Positions 19,512 to 29,818 are shown, counted from the stretch's first letter. The stretch: DNA of 42,627 nt from Promethearchaeota archaeon (GCA_019057795.1 JAHLWS010000055.1:1-42627); one strand, 5' to 3'. Notes: generated by a model from the sequence alone, not told the origin. Made by a program: numbers and translations.

Positions 19512-20980
19512 TCTTTTTCACCCCTTTTTAAACGAAGTAGCGCAATTTCTTTCGTTTTAGCCATAAGAAAGTTTGTATCTTCTCCACTTTTCATTACTTC
19601 CTCATAGGGAATATTTAATTCTCTAGAAAGAATCTCAATAACACGAGGACGGCAGAATCCGGCTTGGCAACGCCCCATACCAGGCCTACATCTGAACTTA
19701 ACTCCGTCCACGGTGGTCGCACCTACAGGTGCGTGTATGGCATTAAGAATTTCTTTTTCTGGAATAGTTTCACACCGACAAATGATTCTTCCCCACGCAG
19801 GATCTTCTTTTATTTTTCTGTCTAATTCTTCCTTATTAAAATCTTTAAACCTTTCTGGTTTTGGGCGCGTAGGATTATAATCTTCTTTAATCTTCGTGTT
19901 TGCTCCTAATAATTCCAAAAATTCTACAACTCTTTCAGCAATGGCATAACAAGATGTTAAACCAGGTGATAAGATGCCAACTACGTTAATAAAACCATAT
20001 ACATCCGTATTATCAATTATAAAATCATAGGTATCTGGTACTGCCCTTAAACCAGCAAAATTTCTAATAGAAGCTCTTACTGGCAAATTAGGAACTAATT
20101 TACTTCCCCCTTCTAAAATTTCCTTTAAACCAGCTTCAGTAGTCGAAATATCCTTTCTATCAGTGATATTAAGAGCAGTAGGGCCAACAAAAGTATTTCC
20201 ACTAACAGTTGGGCAAACTAAAATTCCCTTTGAGACTTTAGTGGGCGTAGGAAATAATATTTTATTTAGGTGCATCGCGTTCCTATCAAAAAGGATATAT
20301 TCTCCTTTTCTAGGCATTAGTTTGAAATAATCTAGACCAACCAATTTTGAAATCTTTAAGCCATATACTCCAGCAGCATTAATAACATTGTTAGATTTGA
20401 ATTCATTTGTTTTAGTTTTAATCACATATATGTAATTTTGATGCTTAATTCGTCTTACTTTTTGGTTCCGGAAGAATTTAACGCCGTTCATAGCTGCATT
20501 TTCAGCTAGCGCGTAAGTCATCTCATATGGGCTTACAATTCCTGCCGTTGGGGCGTGTAATACGCCAACTACTTCATCTGTAAGATTAGGTTCCATGTAC
20601 TTAATTTTTTCTTTATCTAAAATTAATTCTAAGCCTGGAACTCCATCTTGAGTACCTAGTCTTCTTTGTTCTTCAAGTTTTTTTATCTGACTATCTTCCA
20701 AAGCGACAATAAAAGAACCAATTCTTTGAAAAGGAAAATTAAGCTCTTCTTCAGCTTGAGTATATAATTTATTCCCTATTATACACATATCCCGCTTAAC
20801 ATATTCTCTTGGTGACGCATAACCCGCGTGTACGACTCCAGAATTAGCTTTAGTAGTGCCTGAAGCTATATCTGCCTCCCTCTCTAATAAAGCAACCTTA
20901 AGATCGTACTTTGATAATGTTCGTGCGATGCAACAACCAATTACACCGCCCCCAATAATTATAATGTCATATACTGTCAA
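19508..20980 (-). CDS. glpA: FAD-dependent glycerol-3-phosphate dehydrogenase-like (GlpA/LhgO family) with C-terminal BFD-like [2Fe-2S] domain
   Basis: GGGVIG, GTTKANSGVVHAG, RKGEY, SPGLT, ICRCE...RPGMGRCQAGFC. Confidence 0.78.
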   Translation of the reverse strand: MTVYDIIIIGGGVIGCCIARTLSKYDLKVALLEREADIASGTTKANSGVVHAGYASPREYVKRDMCIIGNKLYTQAEEELNFPFQRIGSFIVALEDSQIKKLEEQRRLGTQDGVPGLELILDKEKIKYMEPNLTDEVVGVLHAPTAGIVSPYEMTYALAENAAMNGVKFFRNQKVRRIKHQNYIYVIKTKTNEFKSNNVINAAGVYGLKISKLVGLDYFKLMPRKGEYILFDRNAMHLNKILFPTPTKVSKGILVCPTVSGNTFVGPTALNITDRKDISTTEAGLKEILEGGSKLVPNLPVRASIRNFAGLRAVPDTYDFIIDNTDVYGFINVVGILSPGLTSCYAIAERVVEFLELLGANTKIKEDYNPTRPKPERFKDFNKEELDRKIKEDPAWGRIICRCETIPEKEILNAIHAPVGATTVDGVKFRCRPGMGRCQAGFCRPRVIEILSRELNIPYEEVMKSGEDTNFLMAKTKEIALLRLKRGEKE

Positions 20981-21147
20981 GGGATTTACCTCTCGAATTC
21001 TAAAGAGTGAATTAAAAAGCTTAAGTAATAAAACAAGTTATTTCTTTAAAATTTATTTGGAACATTAATATTTTCTATTTGATAAGTTTCATTTCATTTC
21101 ATTAATAGGAAAAAATTTATTAAGTCCAAATTTATTCGCTTTCATAA

Positions 21148-21480
21148 TTAGACAAAAAAAAACCACATAACATTAAATACAAATGCAATAATAATCAGAG
21201 CTATAGTTACGGGGTTTAAAATTGTACTTCTTAAAGCTTTTGCGTATTTTATGTCTATATCCCCTTTTAACAATGTATTAATTGATTTATATCTCGAATT
21301 TATTGCTTCTTTAAGGTGATAAGAACCTAAAAATTGAGGTTTTGTTAAGCTTTTAAGGTGAGCATTATGATTGCTTGTAGGAAAGAGATTTAATTTATTA
21401 TTATTAAGAATATCTTCATAATCTCTTATTACATAGGGTTTATCTGGCACTTTTTTGAGTTTATTATTACTTTCATTCAT
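21148..21480 (-). CDS. Hypothetical tail-anchored membrane protein
   Basis: Soluble N-terminus with a single hydrophobic helix at the very C-terminus. Confidence 0.5.
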   Translation of the reverse strand: MNESNNKLKKVPDKPYVIRDYEDILNNNKLNLFPTSNHNAHLKSLTKPQFLGSYHLKEAINSRYKSINTLLKGDIDIKYAKALRSTILNPVTIALIIIAFVFNVMWFFFV

Positions 21481-21580
21481 TTGAGGAATATCTAACCTAT
21501 TTTATTTTGCTCATGTTTTTAATATCATTTCGTTCTTAAATTTTTTATGGTTATTTTAAATAACAAACAACAAACAAATA

Positions 21581-22003
21581 TTACCAAAAAGCGTCTTTCA
21601 GTTTTTTGATAGGTTGTTTTTCTAAAGATTTATCAATATAATCGCCAAAATCAGAAAAATAATTCACATCGTTATCCCAATTTACTAATATTTCGCTATA
21701 AACTTCAAAAAACATATCGGATATTAGCTTTAATTCATCAATCACTTTTTTCTCTTTTGTTTTGTTTAAAGAACTCCCAATAAATAAAAAGCTTCTTCGT
21801 TTTACAATTACAAAACGAAGATCCGACATTTCGAAGTTAGATATCCCTCCGTCAGTAAGTTTTTCAGCAAAAGTGTTTAAAGCGCTCATCAAACCACCAA
21901 AAAGTTGGGGGTTAATTGTTTGATCAAAAACCCTTGAGAATAAAACTACTCCATTTTCAGTAAGAATCCACAAATCTTTTAATATTTTAGGCAATAATAC
22001 CAC
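21581..22003 (-). CDS. Asgard longin-like domain protein
   Basis: LWILTENGVVLFSR...PQLFGGLMSALNTFA...ISNFEM...RFVI pattern of longin/sigma-adaptin-like folds. Confidence 0.7.
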   Translation of the reverse strand: MVLLPKILKDLWILTENGVVLFSRVFDQTINPQLFGGLMSALNTFAEKLTDGGISNFEMSDLRFVIVKRRSFLFIGSSLNKTKEKKVIDELKLISDMFFEVYSEILVNWDNDVNYFSDFGDYIDKSLEKQPIKKLKDAFW

Positions 22004-22169
22004 AAGTTTTAGTTAATCTTTTATCCCACTTTCATATTAAATATGGTGTTTTATTATTTAAAAAATCATTTTTAGAAATTTTTTATTACCGTATTAAACA
22101 TAGAAAAGGAAAAAAAATAAAAATTTGTATTTTATATACAATATTAAAATAATAAAAAACAAAAAAGTT

Positions 22170-23051
22170 ATGATTTGGAAAACTAAAATAACCCAAATGG
22201 CGGAAATAAGGTACCCGATAATAATGGGTGCCTTTGCAGCGATCGGTTGTGCTGAATTTGCAGCTGCATTTTCCAATGCAGGCGGGTTAGGAATAATTAC
22301 TGCAATAAATTATCCTATAATCGAAGATTTTCAAAAGGAACTTGAAAAAATGTCTAAATTTACCAAAAAACCTTTTGGAGTAAATTTTACAATTACGCCA
22401 CCTTATATTGCAAAAAAAGGGCGTGGAAAAACTGAAGAATCTTACGTTGATTTTTTGGATGTATCAATTAAGAAGGGAGTTAAGGTATTCACGACTTCTG
22501 CTTACCAAACACCACATTTAGGAAAAAAGATTAAGGAAGCTGGTTGTTATTGGTTCCATAAATGTACGACTATAAAACACGCAATGGCGGCCCAAAAAAG
22601 AGGGGCAGACGCCATTACAATCGTAGGTCTTGAGGGAACAGGATTTAAAAACCCTAACCAAAACACAACCTTAGTAAATATTACAATGGCGCGTAGGTTG
22701 CTAAGTATTCCAATTATTGCTGCGGGGGGGATTGGAGATGCTAGGGGATTTCTTGGTACATTAGCTATGGGAGCAGACGCTGTTTGTTTAGGAAGCTCAA
22801 TTATAGCCACAGAAGAGAGTCCCGCTTCAAAAAGATGGAAAGCTCAGGTATTAAATCAAGATATATTTGACGAGAAATATTACAAAAAAATATTTCATCT
22901 TGAATTAAAAGATTCACCAATAGCTTCAATGGCGATTGGTCATATAGACGAAATACTACCAATAAAGGTGTTTCTCAATAATTTAATTGACGAAGCGGAA
23001 CAAATTCTAAAAAGTTGGGGTTATATGGGCGATGTATTTAACACATCATAA
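22170..23051 (+). CDS. Nitronate monooxygenase / FabK-like FMN oxidoreductase
   Basis: YPIIMGA, SNAGGLG, PFGVN, GADAI, PIIAAGGIGDARG, GADAV; start set at ATG 22170. Confidence 0.88.
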   Translation: MIWKTKITQMAEIRYPIIMGAFAAIGCAEFAAAFSNAGGLGIITAINYPIIEDFQKELEKMSKFTKKPFGVNFTITPPYIAKKGRGKTEESYVDFLDVSIKKGVKVFTTSAYQTPHLGKKIKEAGCYWFHKCTTIKHAMAAQKRGADAITIVGLEGTGFKNPNQNTTLVNITMARRLLSIPIIAAGGIGDARGFLGTLAMGADAVCLGSSIIATEESPASKRWKAQVLNQDIFDEKYYKKIFHLELKDSPIASMAIGHIDEILPIKVFLNNLIDEAEQILKSWGYMGDVFNTS

Positions 23052-23127
23052 GATATATTGATTAAAGTTAAAAAACAATAAATTTTATATTACTTTATAT
23101 AAATCATCTAAATTTTACGCGATATTA

Positions 23128-24405
23128 ATGAAATTTGATTACGGTAAAAGTGGAATTGAAGTCTCACTCGATCCTAGTTGGAACATGACAATATTTCGCC
23201 CATCGAAACAAGATGTTATTGAAGACCCAATTAACGCGATTAGAAATGCCATCAAAAATCCAATAGGAACTCCTTCTTTAAATAAAATTGTAAAAAGTAA
23301 GAAAGAAATAAAATCTGTTTGCATTGTAGTTTCAGACGCTACACGTCCCGTTCCATCTCATCTCCTTTTAAAGGGGCTCTTAAAAGAATTGAGCGATTAT
23401 GGGCTTCAAGAGGAAAAGATTTTAGTTTTAATTGCGACGGGATTACATCGTACATCTCGTAAAGACGAATTAGAAAGAATTTTAGGGGAATATCTAACAA
23501 GCAGCGTGAAAATCGTTGATCACATCGCAAGAGATAAAAATTCTCTCACATACTTAAGAAATGCTAACAACATTCCCATTTATATCAATAAACACTATTA
23601 CGAAAGCGATTTGAAAATCTTAACGGGTTACGTCGAACCTCACTTTTTCTTCGGTTTTTCAGGGGGAAAAAAGTCTATTATTCCAGGAATAGCAGGCGCT
23701 GAAACTATCTTAGCAAACCATTCGGCGGAAAATATAGCTTCCCCTAATGCTCGTTTTGGAATTTATAAGAATAATCCAATGGCTGAAAACTCAACTGAGA
23801 TTACTAAACTAGTAGGCGTAGATTTCGTTGTAAATGTATCCATCGATGAAAATCACGAAATTACACAAATAGCAGCAGGTGATTTAGAAAGAGTTCATAA
23901 AAAACTTGTTAATTATCAACTTAAACATATTTTCAAGGAAATTCAAGAACCATTTGACATCGTTGTGTGTGGTAATGGTGGATATCCCCTAGATCTCAGC
24001 CTATATCAAGCTGTAAAAAGCATGGCAATTGGCGAAATGGCAGTTAAAAAAAACGGAACGATAATATCAGTTAATGAATGTGCTGATGGGATTGGTGGTG
24101 GGCAAGATGAGTTTAAAGAATTACTTTATTCTAATATGTCCCCAGAAGAGATTCACAAAAAAGTCCTACACAAAGAAATTGTAGTACCTGACCAATGGGA
24201 AATTCAAGTTTTAACCCGAATAATGATGATGGCAGAGATATATATCGTTTCTAAAATGAAAGAAGATGAGATCGGAAACATTGGCTTAAAACATGCAAAA
24301 ACTGTCGAAGAAGCTATAAAAAAATCTTTAAATAAGCATGGATCTAAAGCAAAGATATTAATTTTACCTAATGGACCACAAATCCTTCCAATTCTTCTTA
24401 GCTAA
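23128..24405 (+). CDS. larA: Nickel-pincer-dependent lactate racemase family
   Basis: SDATRP, ATGLHR, DH, VEPHFFFGFSGGKKSIIPG, NH, GGYPLD..LYQAVK, DQW. Confidence 0.9.
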   Translation: MKFDYGKSGIEVSLDPSWNMTIFRPSKQDVIEDPINAIRNAIKNPIGTPSLNKIVKSKKEIKSVCIVVSDATRPVPSHLLLKGLLKELSDYGLQEEKILVLIATGLHRTSRKDELERILGEYLTSSVKIVDHIARDKNSLTYLRNANNIPIYINKHYYESDLKILTGYVEPHFFFGFSGGKKSIIPGIAGAETILANHSAENIASPNARFGIYKNNPMAENSTEITKLVGVDFVVNVSIDENHEITQIAAGDLERVHKKLVNYQLKHIFKEIQEPFDIVVCGNGGYPLDLSLYQAVKSMAIGEMAVKKNGTIISVNECADGIGGGQDEFKELLYSNMSPEEIHKKVLHKEIVVPDQWEIQVLTRIMMMAEIYIVSKMKEDEIGNIGLKHAKTVEEAIKKSLNKHGSKAKILILPNGPQILPILLS

Positions 24406-24518
24406 CAATTTTAGTCAAGCTATCATCATTATCAGATGTGATGAATTCACAAACACATGATTTAAATCAATGAATTGGTAACTTTATATAAGAAATGTCG
24501 ACTTAAAAAAGGATTAAT

Positions 24519-25574
24519 ATGGAATTAGCGCACGCAATTATTTATCTTGATTTGAACCAAGATAAGCCAAAAATGAACTTTTGGTATCCACACGATCTTC
24601 CTAAAGGAATCCGAAGATTTATCGGTGATGAATGTTTTTCAATTATATCAGGAGATTCATCTTTCATCCCTGAAGTTCTCTTAATTTTTCCCATTTCGTC
24701 TTTAAAGTTAAAAGTATTGATTAAATATTTTAAAAGGGAAGATAGTACCAAAATAGGGAGCTTTTCAAAGTCGGCTATAACTTTTTTATTCGATGAAAAA
24801 GACGATCACATTTATTACAGATATATGAGTTATATTGATTCGTACGTTAGTAAAGCTGTTAGCGTAATTGTCGACTTAGAGAATAATGAGTCGGAAGAAG
24901 ATTTAATCTATGATGAGATTGTTAAGTTACAGCGTACGCTATGCGAGTTAACTGACTATTTACGTTCTAAAAGCGAGTATGTTTCTAAGCCGGAAGAACC
25001 ATCCGAAACAACACTTGGAGTTAAAAAGTTAGAAAAAAAGCAGATAGAAAAAAAGAAATTTAAAGTAGTAGTACTAGGAGACCCCAGCGTTGGAAAGACA
25101 TCTACTATTCTTAGATTCACTGATAACGTATTTCTTAGGGCATATATCCCAACAATGGGTTTAAATATTACTCAAAAAATCTTTGATATTAATAAAAACT
25201 CTGTTGAATTAGTATTATGGGATATTGGAGGACAAACTAAGTTTGAGATCATAAGGAAGAAGTTTTATGAAGGAATGAGCATGATTCTTGTACTGTTTGA
25301 TTTAACCAACCCAATGTCTTTTGCAAATGTTCCCAAATGGCATCAAGATATAAAGAATTATTTCAAAAATGATCAAAAGATTAAAGGTTATCTTATTGGT
25401 AATAAGAACGATTTAGTGAAAGAAAGAATTGTAAGCGAGAATGACGCGGTTAGACTCGCATTCGCGTTAGACCTTGATTATATCGAAATTTCTGCGTTAA
25501 CTGGCTACAATATTGAGAAAACTTTCCATGAGATCGCAAGTAACTTACTAAAATTTAAAAATATTGAAGATTAA
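24519..25574 (+). CDS. Rab-like small GTPase fused to an N-terminal longin/uDENN-like domain
   Basis: G1 GDPSVGKT, G2 YIPTMG, G3 WDIGGQ, G4 NKND, G5 SAL; about 175-aa N-terminal extension. Confidence 0.85.
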   Translation: MELAHAIIYLDLNQDKPKMNFWYPHDLPKGIRRFIGDECFSIISGDSSFIPEVLLIFPISSLKLKVLIKYFKREDSTKIGSFSKSAITFLFDEKDDHIYYRYMSYIDSYVSKAVSVIVDLENNESEEDLIYDEIVKLQRTLCELTDYLRSKSEYVSKPEEPSETTLGVKKLEKKQIEKKKFKVVVLGDPSVGKTSTILRFTDNVFLRAYIPTMGLNITQKIFDINKNSVELVLWDIGGQTKFEIIRKKFYEGMSMILVLFDLTNPMSFANVPKWHQDIKNYFKNDQKIKGYLIGNKNDLVKERIVSENDAVRLAFALDLDYIEISALTGYNIEKTFHEIASNLLKFKNIED

Positions 25575-25984
25575 ATTTGAACGACAATTCAATAATTTAC
25601 TATACAATTTGACGATATAATTCTATAACAATCAGATTCACGATAATATCTTATAAGAATTCCCAAAAAAAAGTAAAGAAAAGCATTCTTTAAACGTTAA
25701 TTTATAAAAAATAAATTGGTGCCCTTCCCATTATATACCCGCAAATTTCACACTTTTTCATGTTCTGTCGTATATAACTATTCTAAACAAAAACACTTTT
25801 AAATAGTGGTGTAACTTATTACTATATTAGCAATATAATGATAAAATTATAAGTAACAAATTTGTCAAAAAACTTATAATTCAAAAACATCAATATTATT
25901 TACGATAATTTTCGCTATTATTATTGAATAATCATTAAAATTTGTTGCAAAAAATACATTAGAAACGATAAAAAGTGAAAAAAT

Positions 25985-26908
25985 ATGTCATATAAAGACC
26001 GCCTACGATCTACAAAGATTAGTTCAGATGAGAACGGTGTCGCAGACGAGTGTTGCGAGAATCCTTGTATGGAATCGAAAGATGGCGATGTTGTTTGTTT
26101 AAACTGTGGAATGATCCAGAGTAGAAATCTAGTAGGAAATGAAAGGAGAGCCTATACCGTCGAAGAAGTAAACAAGCGTAGACGTACTGAACCGCGATGG
26201 AGAGAATTTGGTCCAAGAACTATGTTACCAAATTCCAAAATCGATTCAAAAGGACGTTTAATTAACGCAAAAGGAAAAACTTTATTCTCCAGACTTTCAA
26301 AAATCCAGAATTCTCTAATTTCTAGCATAGAAAGAAACTTTTGGGAAGCTAAACCTAAGTTGAAGATGCTCACCTCTAAGATGAATATCCCTGAGTACAT
26401 TAAAGAAACAGCTTGGAAGATTTATAGCCTTGTAGCTAGGAAGAAGTTAACGATGGGAAGGTCAATTGATGGTTTCATTGCTGCCTCATTATACTCCGCA
26501 ATCAGAGTGCACGAATTTCCACGATTGTTGGAAGAAGTGTGCGATGCTTCAATGACGCCCCGTAGAACTGTCCACAGAAGCTTAGGCATGATTGTGAAAG
26601 AAGTGTTGCCCGAATTGGGACTTAGGTATCGTCCTATCACCGCAGAACAATTAGTCTTTCGGTTCGGCAACGATTTAAATCTGCCGATGGAAGTCCAAAA
26701 GAAAGCAATCAACATGCTCTCACAAGCTTCGAAAAACGGATTAATGCGCACAGGAAAAGACCCAAAAGGCTTAGCGGCAAGTGTTATTTACATGGCGGCA
26801 AAATCAAGTAACTGTCGGAAGACACAGGCTGAAGTAAGTTCCGTCGCAAAAGTTACGGAAGTCACTTTGCGGAGCCGCTCCAAGCAGATTAAAATGAAGC
26901 TAATATAA
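25985..26908 (+). CDS. tfb: Transcription initiation factor IIB
   Basis: N-terminal Zn ribbon (CC...CLNCG), two cyclin repeats, GRS, GKDPKGLAASVIY, TQAEVSSVAKVTEVTLRSR. Confidence 0.95.
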   Translation: MSYKDRLRSTKISSDENGVADECCENPCMESKDGDVVCLNCGMIQSRNLVGNERRAYTVEEVNKRRRTEPRWREFGPRTMLPNSKIDSKGRLINAKGKTLFSRLSKIQNSLISSIERNFWEAKPKLKMLTSKMNIPEYIKETAWKIYSLVARKKLTMGRSIDGFIAASLYSAIRVHEFPRLLEEVCDASMTPRRTVHRSLGMIVKEVLPELGLRYRPITAEQLVFRFGNDLNLPMEVQKKAINMLSQASKNGLMRTGKDPKGLAASVIYMAAKSSNCRKTQAEVSSVAKVTEVTLRSRSKQIKMKLI

Positions 26909-26939
26909 AGAGATTTCGTAAATCTGGGCAAACACGGTA

Positions 26940-26971
26940 ATTTTTTTTAATATTTTTTTTTTTTATTTTTA
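26940..26971 (+). terminator. Oligo-T tract downstream of tfb (archaeal-type terminator)
   Basis: Several T runs within about 60 bp after the stop codon. Confidence 0.45.
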
Positions 26972-27081
26972 TTAACTTTCCATTTTGTTAATCTTATTTT
27001 TGTCATAAAATTGTAATTTAAGCAAATTACATAGCACTATGGATTTAAATATCGCTGTTATCTATAATAACTTAGGAACAA

Positions 27082-27900
27082 ATGAAGATGAAAATGAATG
27101 CGAAGATGAAACCAAAAGAACCAAAAGGATTCGCGGTTAACGAGTTTTTAACCGTAAAATTGGTCGGGGAGGACACTATTATTTACGTTAACGGCGAATC
27201 GTTTATGCTGTGTAAACGCTTATTGATAAACGTTCCAATCGATAAAATCCGCGAAACCGACGAACTCGATTCGATAGACGAAGCTGCAGAGAAATTGGGC
27301 TGGGATGAAGATGGTCAAATAAAAATGGATGGAATTAATTATAACCTCTCTCCCGAAACGGAATTCTGGGGGCACTGTTCGAATCTGCAAGCTTGGTACG
27401 AGCACAACTACGATACGCGACTATTACATTCTAATTTAGCGTTTAGCTTGCTAAAAAAACTCGCGGAAGTCGGGGATCCTCAGGCAAAAAAAGTCTTTAA
27501 GGAAGAGATTGCCAAACGACTCGAAAGCGGTTATCCTCCTGTTGTAGAATATCTAGTACGAGAAGGCTATACTCGCTATCTTAACAGTGAAGAGCTTTTA
27601 TTTTTGGTTTTGGTTCCTGAGGAGGCTGAAATCCTTTTAGAGATAGAAAGCCATCTATTTGAGCAACACAAGGAGAATATTGAATTAGTTGGTGAATTAG
27701 ATCTTCATTTAGCTCCATGCTTCACGGTTAAAAACAAGCATGTTACTGGAATTTATTTGTTCGACTGTGGTTTAGATTTTCTACCTGATTCAATAGGAGA
27801 TTTAAGTTATTTAGAGAGCTTAGACTTAACTTATAACAAATTAAATTTGTCAAAAGAATTGATTGCAAAACTACGCGACATTAAAACCTTTTACTGGTAA
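27082..27900 (+). CDS. Lokiarchaeal LRR-associated protein (conserved N-terminal domain plus 1-2 LRRs)
   Basis: EFWGHCSNLQAWYEHNYDTRLLHSNLAFSLLKKL..VGDP.AK.VFKEEIAKR domain; LPDSIGDLSYLESLDLTYNKL LRR. Confidence 0.8.
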   Translation: MKMKMNAKMKPKEPKGFAVNEFLTVKLVGEDTIIYVNGESFMLCKRLLINVPIDKIRETDELDSIDEAAEKLGWDEDGQIKMDGINYNLSPETEFWGHCSNLQAWYEHNYDTRLLHSNLAFSLLKKLAEVGDPQAKKVFKEEIAKRLESGYPPVVEYLVREGYTRYLNSEELLFLVLVPEEAEILLEIESHLFEQHKENIELVGELDLHLAPCFTVKNKHVTGIYLFDCGLDFLPDSIGDLSYLESLDLTYNKLNLSKELIAKLRDIKTFYW

Positions 27901-28212
27901 TAAGTAAAGTAAAAAAAAAGATTAGAAAAAATTAGACTTCATACCGGAGACCAAGAAGATTAAAAACTCGTGTGCCCCCCATTCCGGTGCTCGCAAAAAG
28001 CCTTACAAACTTATCCTTCAAAATTTAGCCGTTTTTATCGGTGGGTACCAAACTTGTACGGACCGAACGATATGAGATATGCTATTAAATAACTCTTACA
28101 CATTAAGCAAACATAAACAAATTTATCCTCAGAAATAAAATCAATGTTGAAATCGTAAATATAAACAAACGAATTATTACATAGGTACTTTGATTAAAAT
28201 CAAAATTTCATA

Positions 28213-29376
28213 TTAGTTAAAATCTGGATTAGATAACGCATATTCAAGCGTTTGTTTCACCATTTCTGCATCAATCATTATACAGAATTCATCGTTTTTA
28301 TAAAATTTTATATCGTTAACTCTGTTACCATTGTTAAATAGCCATTCTTTTTTACTTCTAATAATGTAATTACCCAAAATTGATTTTAAAATCTTAAAGA
28401 AATGATCGCTATCAGGACTCCTCTTAAATTTGTCAGAAGTATAATCAAATGTTTCTTTGATAACGCTATAAGAGATGAAAATAGGTTTGTGAAACTCGTC
28501 TATTAAAAATCCTAAAAAGTACTTCTCAAATCTACTTGCATTCAAAATAAAATTATAAACTGCTTCTTGCTTAATATCAGATGGACCAAGCGTATCATTA
28601 AACACATTAAGAAGCAAACTTGAGGTAATATTTGGATAGTGTGATTTATTTTCTTTTAAAATTGGATACAATTTCTCAATTATCTTTAAACTATTTCCTG
28701 GAAGTCCTTTTGTCTCATCATAGACTAACATGGCGATATTTAAAATTATATCCTTATCAATTTCATGGTTAAACTTCCATTCATATAACATTTTGGTAAT
28801 TTCTAAGAACTCTTTTTCAGTAAAGGGGTGTAATTTTAATTTGAAGTCAATATTAGCTTGAATTTCAAGGGGTAATTTGCCAGAGAGACTACGAGAAAAT
28901 AGGAATAGGAAATTCGTCCTTAATTTTAAATTAACAAACTTAGTTAACAAATTTTGACGATTGCTGATATTTGGTAAAAAAATAGTGAGTGGTTTATTTA
29001 TTTTATTTAGAGTTTTATAAAAATCCATCCACAAAAAATCATTGTTTTCTAGATTAACAATTAGGTTTTTAAGGCTTACTGGGCAGTGATATTTTAATTG
29101 GTGTGAAAGACTCCGAATTATTTCTGGAAAAGTTGATTCTTTACAATCAAGGAACAAAAACAATCGGTTAGATTGGAGGAGATGTTTTTTACAATATTTT
29201 GCGAATAGAGTTTTTCTCCCCTCTCCCGTATCACCTTTACATATGATGTTAATTTTACGAAGATCAATGGACTTTTCAATCATTTCATTTAAATTAGAGG
29301 TTTCCACTTCGCGATATAATACTTTTGGGGGATAATCTTTATTTAATATATTATTTCTGTAATCTATCTCTGACAT
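28213..29376 (-). CDS. Degenerate Cdc6/Orc1-like AAA+ protein
   Basis: N-terminal LNKDYPPKVLYRE resembles the Cdc6 start; Walker A-like GDTGEGRKT; Walker B lacks DE (IFLPN); LHPFT...I and G.P box; possible C-terminal winged helix. Confidence 0.55.
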   Translation of the reverse strand: MSEIDYRNNILNKDYPPKVLYREVETSNLNEMIEKSIDLRKINIICKGDTGEGRKTLFAKYCKKHLLQSNRLFLFLDCKESTFPEIIRSLSHQLKYHCPVSLKNLIVNLENNDFLWMDFYKTLNKINKPLTIFLPNISNRQNLLTKFVNLKLRTNFLFLFSRSLSGKLPLEIQANIDFKLKLHPFTEKEFLEITKMLYEWKFNHEIDKDIILNIAMLVYDETKGLPGNSLKIIEKLYPILKENKSHYPNITSSLLLNVFNDTLGPSDIKQEAVYNFILNASRFEKYFLGFLIDEFHKPIFISYSVIKETFDYTSDKFKRSPDSDHFFKILKSILGNYIIRSKKEWLFNNGNRVNDIKFYKNDEFCIMIDAEMVKQTLEYALSNPDFN

Positions 29377-29569
29377 AATATATCATTATTATTTGTGGTT
29401 TTAAACTCCTATTAAAAAGTAATAAACAACCTTATTGGTTTTATTCTCAGTTGTTTTTTATCCATAAAAGCAGTGCTTGAAATCTTATCTAAAGAAAAGA
29501 TTAGCGGAAAAAACCCCTAATGATATTGGATTGTTATCAATATTGAAGAAAAGAAATTATTTAGAATTA

Positions 29570-29818
29570 CTACTTAATGTGCTTGTATAGGAACTGTTCC
29601 ACCCTCCTTATGAGAAATTCTTTACGAGCAGGATTACGCCATTCGTCTCCAGAGAAAAGTTGGTCTTCTTTTGCGTTTAACTGGAGACCATATTTCGCAA
29701 GGATATAATATATATGGGTATAAAATTTTGTAAAATCAGTAATATCGCAAATTTCGTTTAACGCTTCTTGTATTAGAAACTCTCGAGCTTGTTCCTTCGT
29801 ATGATGGGTATTGTTCAT
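29570..29818 (-). CDS. Hypothetical protein
   Basis: 82-aa ATG ORF with plausible helical composition. Confidence 0.55.
   Translation of the reverse strand: MNNTHHTKEQAREFLIQEALNEICDITDFTKFYTHIYYILAKYGLQLNAKEDQLFSGDEWRNPARKEFLIRRVEQFLYKHIK

Noticed and set aside
25702-25761. Tiny minus-strand ORF MKKCEICGYIMGRAPIYFL upstream of tfb
   Set aside because: Only 19 aa with one CxxC; cannot be distinguished from chance or a decayed fragment
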